Shown here: positions 48,476 to 58,280 of the stretch, piece after piece
Layout: the number at the start of each line of letters is the position of its first letter
Numbering within the stretch: the first letter of the stretch is position 1
NCBI GenBank assembly: GCA_036172245.1
Contig: JAYWIR010000004.1
Span: 1,736,001-1,800,000, forward strand
Direction: 5' to 3'
From: Raillietiella orientalis
Lineage: Eukaryota
Length of the DNA stretch: 64,000 nt
The notes under the pieces: model-generated
The model's input: only the letters and a program-made list of their open reading frames with translations
What the model was told of the DNA's origin: nothing
The model's database searches: none
Made by a program: the position numbers and the translations under genes

Positions 48476-51400
48476 GTAAAACCTTTTCTCAGGAGGTGGA
48501 AGGAAGGGGGAGGCGTCGGTGGTGGTGGTGGTGGTGGTGGTGGGTGGTGGTGGTGGTGGTGGCGGTGGCCGCGGAGAGGAGGAGAGGAGGAGGGGCGGGG
48601 GAAAGGAGGAGGAGGGCGCACGCGAGGGACGAGGGCAGCTGTGTCGCCACCGCTCGCCCGCCCGCTCCGCGAGTGCCTCTGCAGCGCCGGCCGGGCGATT
48701 TAAGGCGCTCCCAGTTTTGCCTTTGAGGTAAAAACGCGTCAGGCCGCTGCTGGCCACCGCACGCGCGGGTCGCGGAGGACCAATCGGGCATCCTCGCGCT
48801 CGGACCGCATCCCTGCGGGCCTGCCTCGACGGCTTGAGGGAGCGTTCCGAGCCGCGTTGCGCAGAGGAGGCGCCAGGGAAGGGTACGAAGAGAGCGCGCC
48901 CGCGGTGGGGGCGGAGGCCTCCAGGGCGGGGAGCCACTGAGTATCAACGGCTCCCGCCCTCACCCCCTCCTCCTCCCCCAGGAAGGGCGCACCCTCCCCT
49001 TCCCCTCCCTGGTCTCGTTTTCCCTCCTCTACGCTTCCCATTTTCCGACCTCCGCCAGCGTGAGACAAGAGTTACCCTAGGGTCTCCCCCCGGTCAGCGC
49101 ACAGAGGCAAGACTGTCACTCTGGACATTGGGGCAGGCGGTCCCCTGGAAACGGGCCGGAATTTCCGCCTGCTGCAGGCAACCTCTTCCGGGAGAACGGG
49201 AATCGCGTCCCGGAGGATGCCTGGAGCCGCTGCCGTCGCTTACGAATTTTCCGCGAGTCCTTCGCGAACACCGGATTTGCGGGAATGTTGGCGCCCCTCG
49301 CGCGAGGAGCACCCCAGACTTGGTCTGCACCTCCCTCAATTCCTTCGCCCCCTCTTCCTCCCCCGCTCCCCCCGCAAGAGAGAGCAGTGCCGGAGACTTC
49401 CGCTAGATGGCGTTTCCGGCGTCTCGCTGTATTCGAAGAGTCCTTGGCCGCGGTCCCCTTGCAACATGGGCCAAGGCTGCTCCCTTGGCCCATGTTGAGG
49501 GGTCCGCTCGTGGGTCTCCAGAAGTCCAGAAAGATAGCCCGCTGTTTGCCTTGGGGGTTATTCCCTCCCCCTCAAGTTAAAGGAGCCCTCGTCGTTTGGG
49601 AATTTTCCTGGCTCCGCGGCCGACGGCCGAGAGGGGCAGACACGGGATGGTGTCGGTCTCAGGGGTGAACGGAAGGATAGGAAGCAGGAAAAGGGCGAGG
49701 GACGCGAGAAAGGTGTGAGACTCTCTGCCTGCGTCCTTGGAGCGCGTCTTTTTGCTTCCCTGAGCTTCTTCTGGGAGGAGGAGGGCGGATGTCAAGCGAG
49801 GCGGAAAGGAGGCGGTGGAGGCAGGGCCGTTCCCGTGGCAACCCGTCATGCGCCACTGGACCCGGAGAGAAGGCGCTCCTCACGGCGAGCGGGGCACAAA
49901 AACCCCTTTCTGTTCCACTCCCCCTCCTCTCCCCTCACGTTCACCCTTCCTCACTAGGCTCGGACCCACCGCTCCACTTTCTTCTCTGTTCTCGCAAAGC
50001 AGGAAAGCGGAGGAGGCACCGCGCGGACGCTGCCCTCTCTTTGCTCCTGGCCCTTCTGTTCCCGCCCCTGATGGCCCAGCCCACCTTCTCAGAGTGGCCT
50101 TTGTATGCACGCGTGCGTGTCTCATTCCTTTTCTCCTCCCGAGACAACCCTTTCTCGCCCCCTCCCCTCCTAGTCCCTGCTTCTCCTCTTATTATTCTTA
50201 TACGGGCGCGCGCCGTCACGCGCTCTCCGGCGGAGAGAAGCGAGCAGGGGGCAGGAGGAGGGGGAGGTGGGAGCGGGAGAAACGAAGAGAGAAACGCGGA
50301 AAAGCGAGTCTCCGCCGCAGGGAGGCTCTGCGCAAAGCGCGCGTGCGCGCGCGGTGCGGGCTGCCCGAAAACCGCTGAAACAAAAAAAAAAATTCCCCTA
50401 CGCGCTTCCTTGCTTCCTTCCTTCCTTCCTGCTCCTCCTCCTCCCCTCTCCTGCGTCTCTTCCCCTCTCCCGAAGTGGCCTCCGCATCCCGAAAGTCATC
50501 AAAAATCCATTCCGTGACTCCTTTTTTTTTTTTTCCTCTCCCTCTCTCCTCCTCCATCTCCCCTCTCTGCTTCTCTCCTTTCCCAACGGCCTCTCCTTAA
50601 CGACCCTTCGCTTATTTACGAGAGCGTGGCCGCGCGCGTTTCCTAGGGTAACGTGGGTCGGGCAACCGGCGCGCGCGCGCGGAGGCCGCGCGGGGCTGGC
50701 GAGCAGGCCCGAGTCGATCCGACCGCTGCGCGCGCGAAGGAATCTCCCTCCCCCCGTCCGTCCGGTTGGACGCGTAAGAAAAGACGCGTACCGCAGAGGT
50801 ACCTGGTGATCGCGCCAAGAGTCAGTCGCCGCCTCGACCTGTGGGAGTCAGCGTCGGGCGGACGGATGGATACCTGTGGAGAGGCGTCCGTCCCCGCCGT
50901 CCTCCGGCGCTGTCAGAAAGTGCGCGCCCTCGCGCCGCTCCGAGTGCGATAGAGGCGCCTCCGATCCGACGAGAGATGCCCGGCGGTTGCCCGGGAGGCG
51001 CGAGATAGGCGTCCTCGCGGAGCTGTCTCAGGAGATGTCGTCTGTCATGGAGGTAAAGCCACGGGGTGCGCACAGGACGCGGGCGGGCCGGGGGGACCTC
51101 GGAGGAAACGGCGCGCGCAGCACGCTTAACCCAGTGACGCCCGCGCGCGCCTTTCAGACCGGGAAAAGAAGCATTCGTGCTCCGTTTGCTGCGTGCTCCG
51201 TGACGGGCTTTGCGCGCGCGCCCCCTTGCGGAGGAGGGGAGGCTGCGCGCAGCGTCGGACGTGATCACGTGCGGCATGTGCACTGACATGCCACATGCGG
51301 GGCTGCGCTCTGGCGGCTGTCATCAAAGAGGACACGCGGTGGTCCCTTCGCGAGCGAGGTCTGTCCCACGCTAGGCCGCTACGCACTGGCGTGCCCCTTG

Positions 51401-54400
51401 TGTTCCCCCTGACCATGAGCCCGTGCGTCCACAGTCCCCTGTGTGGGCGCTACGCACCGATGCGTGTCGTGTAGGGCCGCGCATCCATCGGCTACATCGG
51501 AGGTTGCGCAGGCTGACAGGTGTCGTCCGGCGAGGCTGCGCGTCGATCTCTGCGAGGTGAGGCTGCGCACTGGCGTGTTGTCTTGCTGGGGAGGGAGGAA
51601 GGAGGCTGTTTGGCGACCTCTTATATTCGAAGCTGTGCACGGACGCGTATCGCACGAGAGACCGGGTATCGAGGTCATGCGTGCGGGCCTATCCGCACCA
51701 TGCCGTGTTGCGTATCCGAGCTCCTGTGTCCTGAAGCCGCGCTTTGGCATCGATATCCCCGGCCGAGGGCTGCGCACAGATTCGGCTCCACGAGAGGGGT
51801 TTCTCCTTCGTCCTTCCTGCGAGTGGCCCCGCGTGAGACCAACCCGGGCCTCTCTCAGCTGCTTGGCCGAGTTGCCTCCGCGCCAACACCGTTTCCCGGG
51901 GTCGGCGGTGAGGCAACCCGCTGGAGATCCGAGGGCTACAAGAAGAGGTGGTCTTTGCTGCAGCCTCCCGCTCCTGCAAAAAGAATAGTCCCTTGCGTGT
52001 CTGCCTGACACTCCCTCGGGACGGCGAGTGGCGTTCCCGGACGGGACGAAGCCCGGACGAGCGCGGTCGCCTACGACAAGTGGCGGCACCTCTTTGAGGC
52101 GGCTGTCTGCGCGCCCGTCCAGAAGACAGGGAATGTCCTCGCGTGCGCATTCCGACACGCCGGCCAGGGAGGGAGGGGGAGGGAAAGGCAGAAGAAGAAA
52201 AAAAAAAAATTGTTTTCGAGGGAGGAATTTCCTCCCCTCTCGTGCTGCCGACAATGCGCTCTAAACAGGGAAAGGGTCAGTTGCGCGCCAAGGGGTCAGC
52301 GTTGTTTATCCGGAGTGGATCTTCCCCTCGGAGTGACCGTCCTCTCCCCTACTCTCTCTCTTTTCCAGGAAAGGGTGAACTCGGCCGCCTTGGGACCGAT
52401 GACGTCATCGCTGGGTGCCGTGTCCACAACGTCGTCCTTTTCCTCAGCCCACAGACTGACACACACCCCGAACCAGGACTTCCAGCCGCCCTACTTCCCG
52501 CCTCCTTACAACATCCCCCAGCAGCACCTGGAGTTCCAGCACACCCACGTCAACGCCGACCCCTACTCCCAGCTTAATTCCCTTCACCAGACTCAGCACT
52601 ACCAGATCTCGCAGCAGCGGCAGGACGTCCTGCGGCGTCCCGACAACGAAGCGATTCACATTGTAATTATGTTTCCCACGATTGGTGCAACCCCGCGGGA
52701 AATGAGGGGGGAGAAGGGGGAAGCTGGGTGCTGGCGCTGGTGGCGGTGGAGTTGGCGCTGCTGGAGACGGGAGGGAAGGGGACGCGTCCGTCCTTCTGCT
52801 CTGCTCCTTGGTTTCTCTTAAGCAGCCCCGCCGTGGCGGAAGGGCGTCCGGCGGCGGCTCGACCTCGGCAAAAGAGCAGCAGGAAGCAAGTGGAAGGGAA
52901 CGAGGAGCGGGAACAGCAGTCCCTTCTCCCCTGTCCCTCGCTTCCGGGAGACAGAGGAGGGGGGATTAGAGGGAAAGGAGGAGGGAAGAAAAGTTTCTTT
53001 TCCCCTCCCTTCCCGACCCGACCCCCCGATCCGGGAAGCGTGCATCGCCTGTCCTCCCCAGACTACCAACCTGCACCCGGCGAGCCTCACCTACGACGCG
53101 AGCCTCCGGTCGGACTACGTGCGGGTCCGCAGAACGGACACCGTCCTCATGCACAGCGGCCATCCCGGCTTGGATGGCACTGAGACCCTGATCATCCCGA
53201 ACTCCCTGCCGTCGATGGACGACGGGCAGGTAAAGGGGGCGCGGGCGCGAAAGGGTGGGTTGGGGGGAAGAAGAGCCCTTGGGGCCTGCCCTCCTCGCTT
53301 GGATCACGTGCTTCTCGGGATCCGGTTGCCGGAAGAGGTGAAGGGGTCATCCGTCTCAGAGGAGCGGGCGCGGCGCAGAGACCGCCGCCCCGCACCTGGT
53401 TCCGTTTAGCAGGAGGAGCGGTGTCGCCGGGGCGTCCGGCCGAGACGCGGGCGAAAATGGGGTCCCGTCTTCGGTGTGGCCCCCGGAAATCGCCTTCAGG
53501 CGCGCGGACCGCTTCCGCCGCCGCCACGTGCTCTCGTGAGGGAGCGGCGGCGCCGGCGGCTTGCCCTGGCAGCGAGTGGGAAGCCCGGGGGAAGCTGCCC
53601 CCATGGGGGCTGATCTCACCGCATTCCCTTCCTCCCTGCAAGCAGCCAGTAGGGAGGGGGGGGGGGTCAGGGGAGAGCAGCGCCCCGATTCCTCCGTCCG
53701 CTCCCTGCGTCCCTTTGGGCAGATGGCCGTGGCATTAGCGCCGCCCGGTCGGAAGCGGCAGTAGGCGCGGAGGAGAGCCTGGCCCCTTCGGGAGCATTCT
53801 CCTTACCGCCCCACCGAGAGGGGGAGGGGGGAACAAGCCCGTTGTTCTCGTCCTGAGGGTAGCGGAAAGAGTGCGGAGGAGGAGAACGAGGGAAGAGGGA
53901 TCGGGAGGAATCGAAGCCCTGCCGTCGACCCCCAGGGGGTCCACCCAGGGCATCCCCAGACGGGAACGTGCCTTATTCATGGGTCTTTGCATTTCAGGGA
54001 GGAGTGGATGGGGACACCAACTTCATCACAGGTAATCCTTTCGATTCGCTCTCTTTCAGCCTTGGCAGAGAGACCGCGATCTCGGCGCACCACACCCCCA
54101 CCCCCGACTCTGCCCCTCCCTTCCGAGCTGCAGCCCAGAACGCCGCTGCACGGTCCGCGAGCCCAAGTGCAGACCGGGCGTGCAGGAGCCCCCCGTTTCT
54201 CCCTCCTTTCCGTGCTGCCAAGACTGCGCCCTGCTGCAACCCCCAAGTGCCTCCCCTTTCCCACATGATTCCCCATCTGCACCCCGGCGCTCCTCCTCCC
54301 CCTCCTTTCCTCGCTGCCCCGGGAAGAGGAAAGAGAGATCCCGCGGCCGCGGGACTGGCCGGCGCCCTCCCGCCCCTCCCCGAGTAGCCCTTTTGTGCCC

Positions 54401-57130
54401 TCTCTAACCGGCCCCTGTTCCAGCAGTGTATTCCGCCGGCATCAAGCAGCGGGCGGAGAACGGCAAAGACATGATGCTGGGCGGCATCATCAACCCGACC
54501 GACGTCTTCTGCAGCGTCCCGGGGCGCCTATCCTTGCTCAGCTCCACGTCCAAGTACAAAGTCACCGTCGGCGAGGTCCAGAGAAGGCTGTCGCCTCCGG
54601 AGTGCCTCAACGCCTCTCTCCTCGGAGGAGTCCTCAGAAGGTCTCCCCTTTTTTCCCTTCCTCCCACCCCCCCACCCCCGCCCGTCCCCTCTGGAGGATC
54701 ATTTCAGGGGTTGCTCCTCCTCTATCCTTTTCTTCCGAGGGTTCTGCGCGGGGAGGCGTCGTCCACGCGCGTCCCTGACTCTTGTCGAAGGAACGAAGGG
54801 AGGGCGGGAAAGGGGGTCGTCGCCCGCCTTTGGCTTTCCGCGGAAGCCACGAGGAAAGCAGGGGGAGGCGCCGGCCGGTCCGCTCGAACGGAACAAGTGC
54901 CCCCCCCCCCCCCCCTACCGACGCTTGTGCCAGTCCTGCCTCTTCCGCCGGGGACTGCTACCACGATAGCACTTCTCCCCCGGCCCACTCCCCTCCCGAC
55001 CTGCACCGTCGCGCGCGCGCGCGTTACGCGCGCGAGGCGAGAGAGAGCCGCGGCCGTCTTCCCTGCCCCTACACGGAGGAAGGGAGGAGGAGCTCGCCGC
55101 CGTCGCTCCCACCACCGATGCCTTTGTTCTCCTGCCGGGGTCACTTCGGGTGCATCGCCGCCTCGCGCGGGGTTTTTGGGGTAGCCCCTCGCGTCCCACC
55201 TGTTGTTGATGACGGCGCTGTTTTCCTTTCCTTCCCTCCCTCCTTCCTTCCCTCTCTGCGCGCCGCTCTCCCTCTTTTCCTTTCCTTTTTTTTTTTTCTC
55301 TTCTCCTTTCTCCCCCCCATCTCTCCCCGCTGCGCTGCGCTGCTGCTACTGCTGCTCCAGCCCTGAAAATGGGCGCGCACGCAAACCAGTGGTGGAGGCG
55401 GAGGGGAGGAGGGAGGAAGAGGAGAAGGCCGTCGAAGGAAACTCCCCTCTCCCCCCTCTCTCCCGCGAGACCGCCCCTCGTTCGGGTTTATCGCTTTACT
55501 GCCCCCGTGCTTCCCGTCGCCTAGACTGCGGCGGCGCGCGGGCGCGCAGTTGCTTTCCTTCCCGCCTCTTTCCGTGCGCCCGCAGCGGCGACCGAGTCTC
55601 CCGGGTCCTCTGGGTAGACCTCCACTCCCGGAGCAGCGCCGAACACCGTTTCGGGAGCCACCGGGAATGCGGCGAGCAGGCGGGACGCTCTTGGGAGCTC
55701 GCGGGGCGGCCGACCTCCGCTCGCCTGCGTGACCGTTTTTGTTGTAGAGCCCCTCCGCGGGCGCGATGGAACGCGCCCTTCTCCGGAGATGTCCGAAGCG
55801 CCCGTCTGACAGCAGTCCCGACCCAGCCCCTTGCCCTTATCTTTGGACGGGGTCTCCTCGGACGCTCCTGGATCCTTCCACCTTCCCGCTCTACCGGGGA
55901 GCGGGAGACCCGTCCCCCGCGGGGAGATCGATACGGACAGGCCTCGGGGACCGCATCCGCTTCGAGAGGCTCAGTGCTCCCAGCAGAGGAAGGCCGGAAG
56001 GGGGGAGGTGCTCCGGAGGGGCAGGGGGAGCCTTCCCCTCGGAGCCACGCCGCGAAGGGGAAATAAGGGAGAACCGGGAGCGTGGGGGAAGACGGAAAGC
56101 GGGGCGGCGCTCCCAGCAGCGCGCCCTTCTCCCCCACCCACCCCCGCGCCTTCCGTCCCCCCTCCTCCTTCCCCGCACGCCCGTTTCGACTCCTACCGGA
56201 GGGACGTCGCGATGCCTTCCAGGGCCAAGTCCAAGAACGGAGGTCGCCTCCTGCGGGAGAAACTGGAGAAGATCGGCCTCAACCTGCCCGCCGGAAGGAG
56301 GAAGGCGGCCAACGTGACCCTGTTGACGTCTCTCGTCGAAGGTAGGGCGTCCCCCGCTTCCTCCACCCCTTCCCTTCCTCTTCCCCCCGCGCCGGCGCCC
56401 CTGGGAAGCGGAAAAAGGCAGCGGCAGGTCGGTCTTCCAGGCGAGGCGATCCACCTGGCCCGGGACTTCGGGTACGTCTGCGAGACGGAGTTCCCGGCCA
56501 GACAGGTGGCCGAGTACCTCAGCAGGCAGCACAGCGGTGACCCTACGGACCAGTTCCGCAGGAAGGAACTCATCATGGCCACCAAGTAAGCGGGGGCGTC
56601 GCATTCCCTCCCCCCGCCCAGAGCCCCCAGGAAGGGCGTCCCGGGAGCACACCGCTCCCGGTGGCGGGAAGGGGCGGCGGGGTGGTGGGAGGCAGGGCGG
56701 CGCTGACCGAGGTCCCTCCCGCGCGTCCCGTTGCAGGCAGATCCTCAAGGAGCTGATGGACCTGCTGAACCAGGACCGCTCTCCCTTGTGCAATACTCGC
56801 CCGCAGATCATCCTGGAGCCCAACATACAGAGGCACCTGACGCACTTCTCCCTGATCACCCACGGGTTCGGCAGCCCCGCCATTGTGGCAGCCATGACTG
56901 CCATCCAGGTAAGCGGCGGCGCGGGACTCCTCCCTCCGGCACCGCAGACCCCGACCCCCTCTCCAGCCCCCCCTTTTGCACGTTTCCCCGCGCGGGACTC
57001 TCACGGGCGCTTCCAGAACTACCTGAACGAGTCCATGAAATACCTGGAAAAGCCGTACGCGACGGGGAACGCCCACGTGACCACGCCATCCCTCGACACG
57101 AAGCCGAAGGACCTGGAGGTCAAGAAGTAG
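48206..57130 (+). CDS. TfAP-2: Transcription factor AP-2 (TFAP2 family), spliced CDS: join(48206..48475,52369..52662,53062..53229,53998..54031,54424..54640,56223..56341,56441..56585,56737..56908,57017..57130), 510 aa
   Basis: Hallmark AP-2 motifs in order: PY activation motif [109 protein letters not shown]...[12 protein letters not shown]. All 8 introns are GT-AG with compatible phases (0,0,0,1,2,1,2,0). Total 1533 nt ending in TAG. Confidence 0.96.
48518..48567. repeat. (GGT)n tract just after the exon 1 donor
   Basis: Read directly from the sequence. Confidence 0.95.
49450..49507. other. Stem-loop in AP-2 intron 1 (15-bp perfect core, extended to ~24 bp)
   Basis: CAACATGGGCCAAGG (49462-49476), 6-nt loop, CCTTGGCCCATGTTG (49483-49497). 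The outer GCGGTCCCCT/AGGGGTCCGC pairs with one mismatch beyond a 2-nt bulge. Confidence 0.85.
51035..51052 (+). CDS. TfAP-2: Candidate alternative first coding exon of AP-2 (MSSVME)
   Basis: gagATGTCGTCTGTCATGGAG|gtaaag: phase-0 donor with the same hexamer as the exon 3 donor. It would splice in frame to exon 2 (ERVN...). Confidence 0.4.
51400..51900 (+). mobile_element. Possible decayed LINE RT fragment inside AP-2 intron 1
   Basis: [13 protein letters not shown] (~LDFEKAFDRVSHE) and PREGFLLRP (~RQGCPLSP), at plausible spacing. Confidence 0.32.
52369..52662 (+). CDS. TfAP-2: AP-2 exon 2 (PY-motif/Q-rich activation domain)
   Basis: Pyrimidine-rich acceptor ctctctctcttttccag|GAA; encodes ERVNS...[18 protein letters not shown]...[14 protein letters not shown]...EAIHI; donor ATT|gtaatt. 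Confidence 0.93.
53062..53229 (+). CDS. TfAP-2: AP-2 exon 3
   Basis: Acceptor gtcctccccag|ACT; encodes [33 protein letters not shown]...SMDDGQ (the D-Y-RR-D-L-H pattern resembles AP-2 proteins); donor CAG|gtaaag; phase 0/0. Confidence 0.85.
53998..54031 (+). CDS. TfAP-2: AP-2 exon 4 (34 nt, [11 protein letters not shown])
   Basis: Acceptor tctttgcatttcag|GGA and donor ACAG|gtaatc. Phase 0 to 1 is exactly what is needed to join exon 3 to the phase-1 acceptor of exon 5. Confidence 0.8.
54223..54246 (+). CDS. TfAP-2: Candidate 24-nt symmetric microexon (adds DCALLQPP)
   Basis: Preceded by the pyrimidine tract ccccgtttctccctcctttcc...ccaag and followed by gtgcct. Phase 1/1, frame-preserving. 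The donor is weak. Confidence 0.33.
54424..54640 (+). CDS. TfAP-2: AP-2 exon 5 (start of basic DNA-binding domain)
   Basis: Encodes [53 protein letters not shown]. Branch-like CTAAC at 54404, CAGCAG acceptor at 54421-54426, donor AG|gtctcc (phase 2). Confidence 0.96.
56223..56341 (+). CDS. TfAP-2: AP-2 exon 6
   Basis: ttccag|G GCC AAG...; encodes [39 protein letters not shown]; donor G|gtaggg. Confidence 0.96.
56441..56585 (+). CDS. TfAP-2: AP-2 exon 7 (helix-span-helix)
   Basis: tcttccag|GC GAG; encodes [47 protein letters not shown]; donor AA|gtaagc. Confidence 0.96.
56737..56908 (+). CDS. TfAP-2: AP-2 exon 8
   Basis: gttgcag|G CAG; encodes [57 protein letters not shown]; donor CAG|gtaagc. 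Confidence 0.96.
57017..57130 (+). CDS. TfAP-2: AP-2 last coding exon
   Basis: cttccag|AAC; encodes [12 protein letters not shown]...DLEVKK then TAG. NYL-E-K continues the conserved C-terminal helix. Confidence 0.93.
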   Translation, partial: NYLNESMKYLEKPYATGNAHVTTPSLDTKPKDLEVKK

Positions 57131-57287
57131 AAGAGGAGGGGGAGGATGCCCCCGGCGGAGCCGGCTAGCCGCCGCCGTCGCCTCTCCCCCCGCATCCCCG
57201 CCCCATGTCGCCCCCCTTCCCGAGGCCCGCCCGCCCGCCCGCGCCGGCGCTCCCCCACCGGGAGGGCCGGGGAAGGGTGCTCAGCCG

Positions 57288-57380
57288 TGTACAGTATTGG
57301 GAGGAGCCTCGCTAAGTTATTTGTACATAGGTGTGTCTCTGCCATACGCGAACCCGCATCTCAGCAACAGTATTTATTGG
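57288..57380 (+). promoter_or_regulatory. AP-2 3'UTR regulatory island (two miR-8/miR-200bc seed matches, Pumilio element)
   Basis: ACAGTATT at 57291-57298 and 57367-57374, TGTACATA at 57322-57329 and TATTTATT at 57371-57378, in an AT-richer patch within very GC-rich flanks. Confidence 0.55.
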
Positions 57381-57799
57381 TGAAGTCTTTCTGCCCGGCC
57401 CCACGCTCCCCCTCCCTCCCCGGCCCCGCCCTCGACCCCGCCCTGGTCCACGCCTGTGCCAAGAAAAAGTTGTCATGAAAGCGGACCTCTCCGGGGGTCG
57501 GGGTGAAAAAAAAAAAAAAAAAAAAAACGGGATCCGTCTCCATTCATTTGCCGCGTCCCGGTCTCACCCCCCACACCCTCTCCCTCCCTCCCCCTTCCCC
57601 CGGGAAAGAGCGGGGAGAGACCCGGAGAGAAGGAAGCCGCGATTCGGAGCGTCCCCCTCCTTCGTCTTCGCTTCCGGTATCCGTCCAGGGGTAACCCGTG
57701 CTTCCATCCACACCCTCCTCTCACCCCCCAAGGGGATAGTGATCCCGTGTCGCGCAGCTTCCCCGAAGGATGAGCCGGCGTCCCCCCCCCCCCAATACC

Positions 57800-58280
57800 C
57801 TAGCGGGGCAGCCAGTCGTGCGAACGCCCCTTCGCCAGGAGTAAGGCCTGGGTCAAGCACGGACCCTTCCGCTCGTTGCGCCCTCTGGGAAGGAGGCATC
57901 TCCCTTGGCGACCAGCCGGCGCGCGCTCGGAGAGGGGGGAGGGTGCACGAGCGGAGTGGGGTGGTCAGTCGAGGCCGTGGATGCCCTCAAGCATACGCAC
58001 TGGCTCTCCCCAAGCACCTGTGCGAGGCAGCTTTCCATGAAGGGAGGGTGGGCGCGACCTCGGAAAGGGCCGGAGAAGCAGGAGCGGAGGTCGTGTCCGA
58101 TAGCGCGCCCTGCGGCTTGGGAGCTGCCGAGAGCAGGAGCGAAAGGAGCGGGAAGTCTCGGCTGAGATGAGGCAGTGCCCCTCTCTTTCACCCCCGGAAC
58201 CTCAGAGAGCGAGGAAGACTCGAGAGTGCACGGCCACCTCCTGCTTCGCGCGGATCCCGAGGGATCCGAGAAAACTCCCG
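57800..58280 (-). mobile_element. Decayed LINE RT fossil downstream of AP-2
   Basis: DPSGS..WPCTLESSSLSEV (~YRPISLLSSLSKV), LISA..SFRS, HDLRSCF (~LDLSKAF), EGSVLDP (~QGSVLGP). Confidence 0.45.

Noticed and set aside
45833..48937. 1034-aa ORF antisense to the AP-2 promoter and exon 1
   Set aside because: Low-complexity R/P/S/A/G translation of GC-rich and microsatellite sequence with no domain. Stop codons are simply rare here.
52673..52680. Su(H)/CSL site TTCCCACG in intron 2, and other CGTGGGAA copies such as 29272
   Set aside because: AP-2 is a known Notch target in fly legs, but a few 8-mers in 64 kb of GC-rich DNA are near chance, several lie in TE fossils, and no paired site was seen.
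57506..57527. A22 run as the AP-2 poly(A) site or a retrocopy tail
   Set aside because: Genomic homopolymer like many others in the window, with no upstream AATAAA. The gene has introns, so it is not a retrocopy. The run could cause internal oligo-dT priming.
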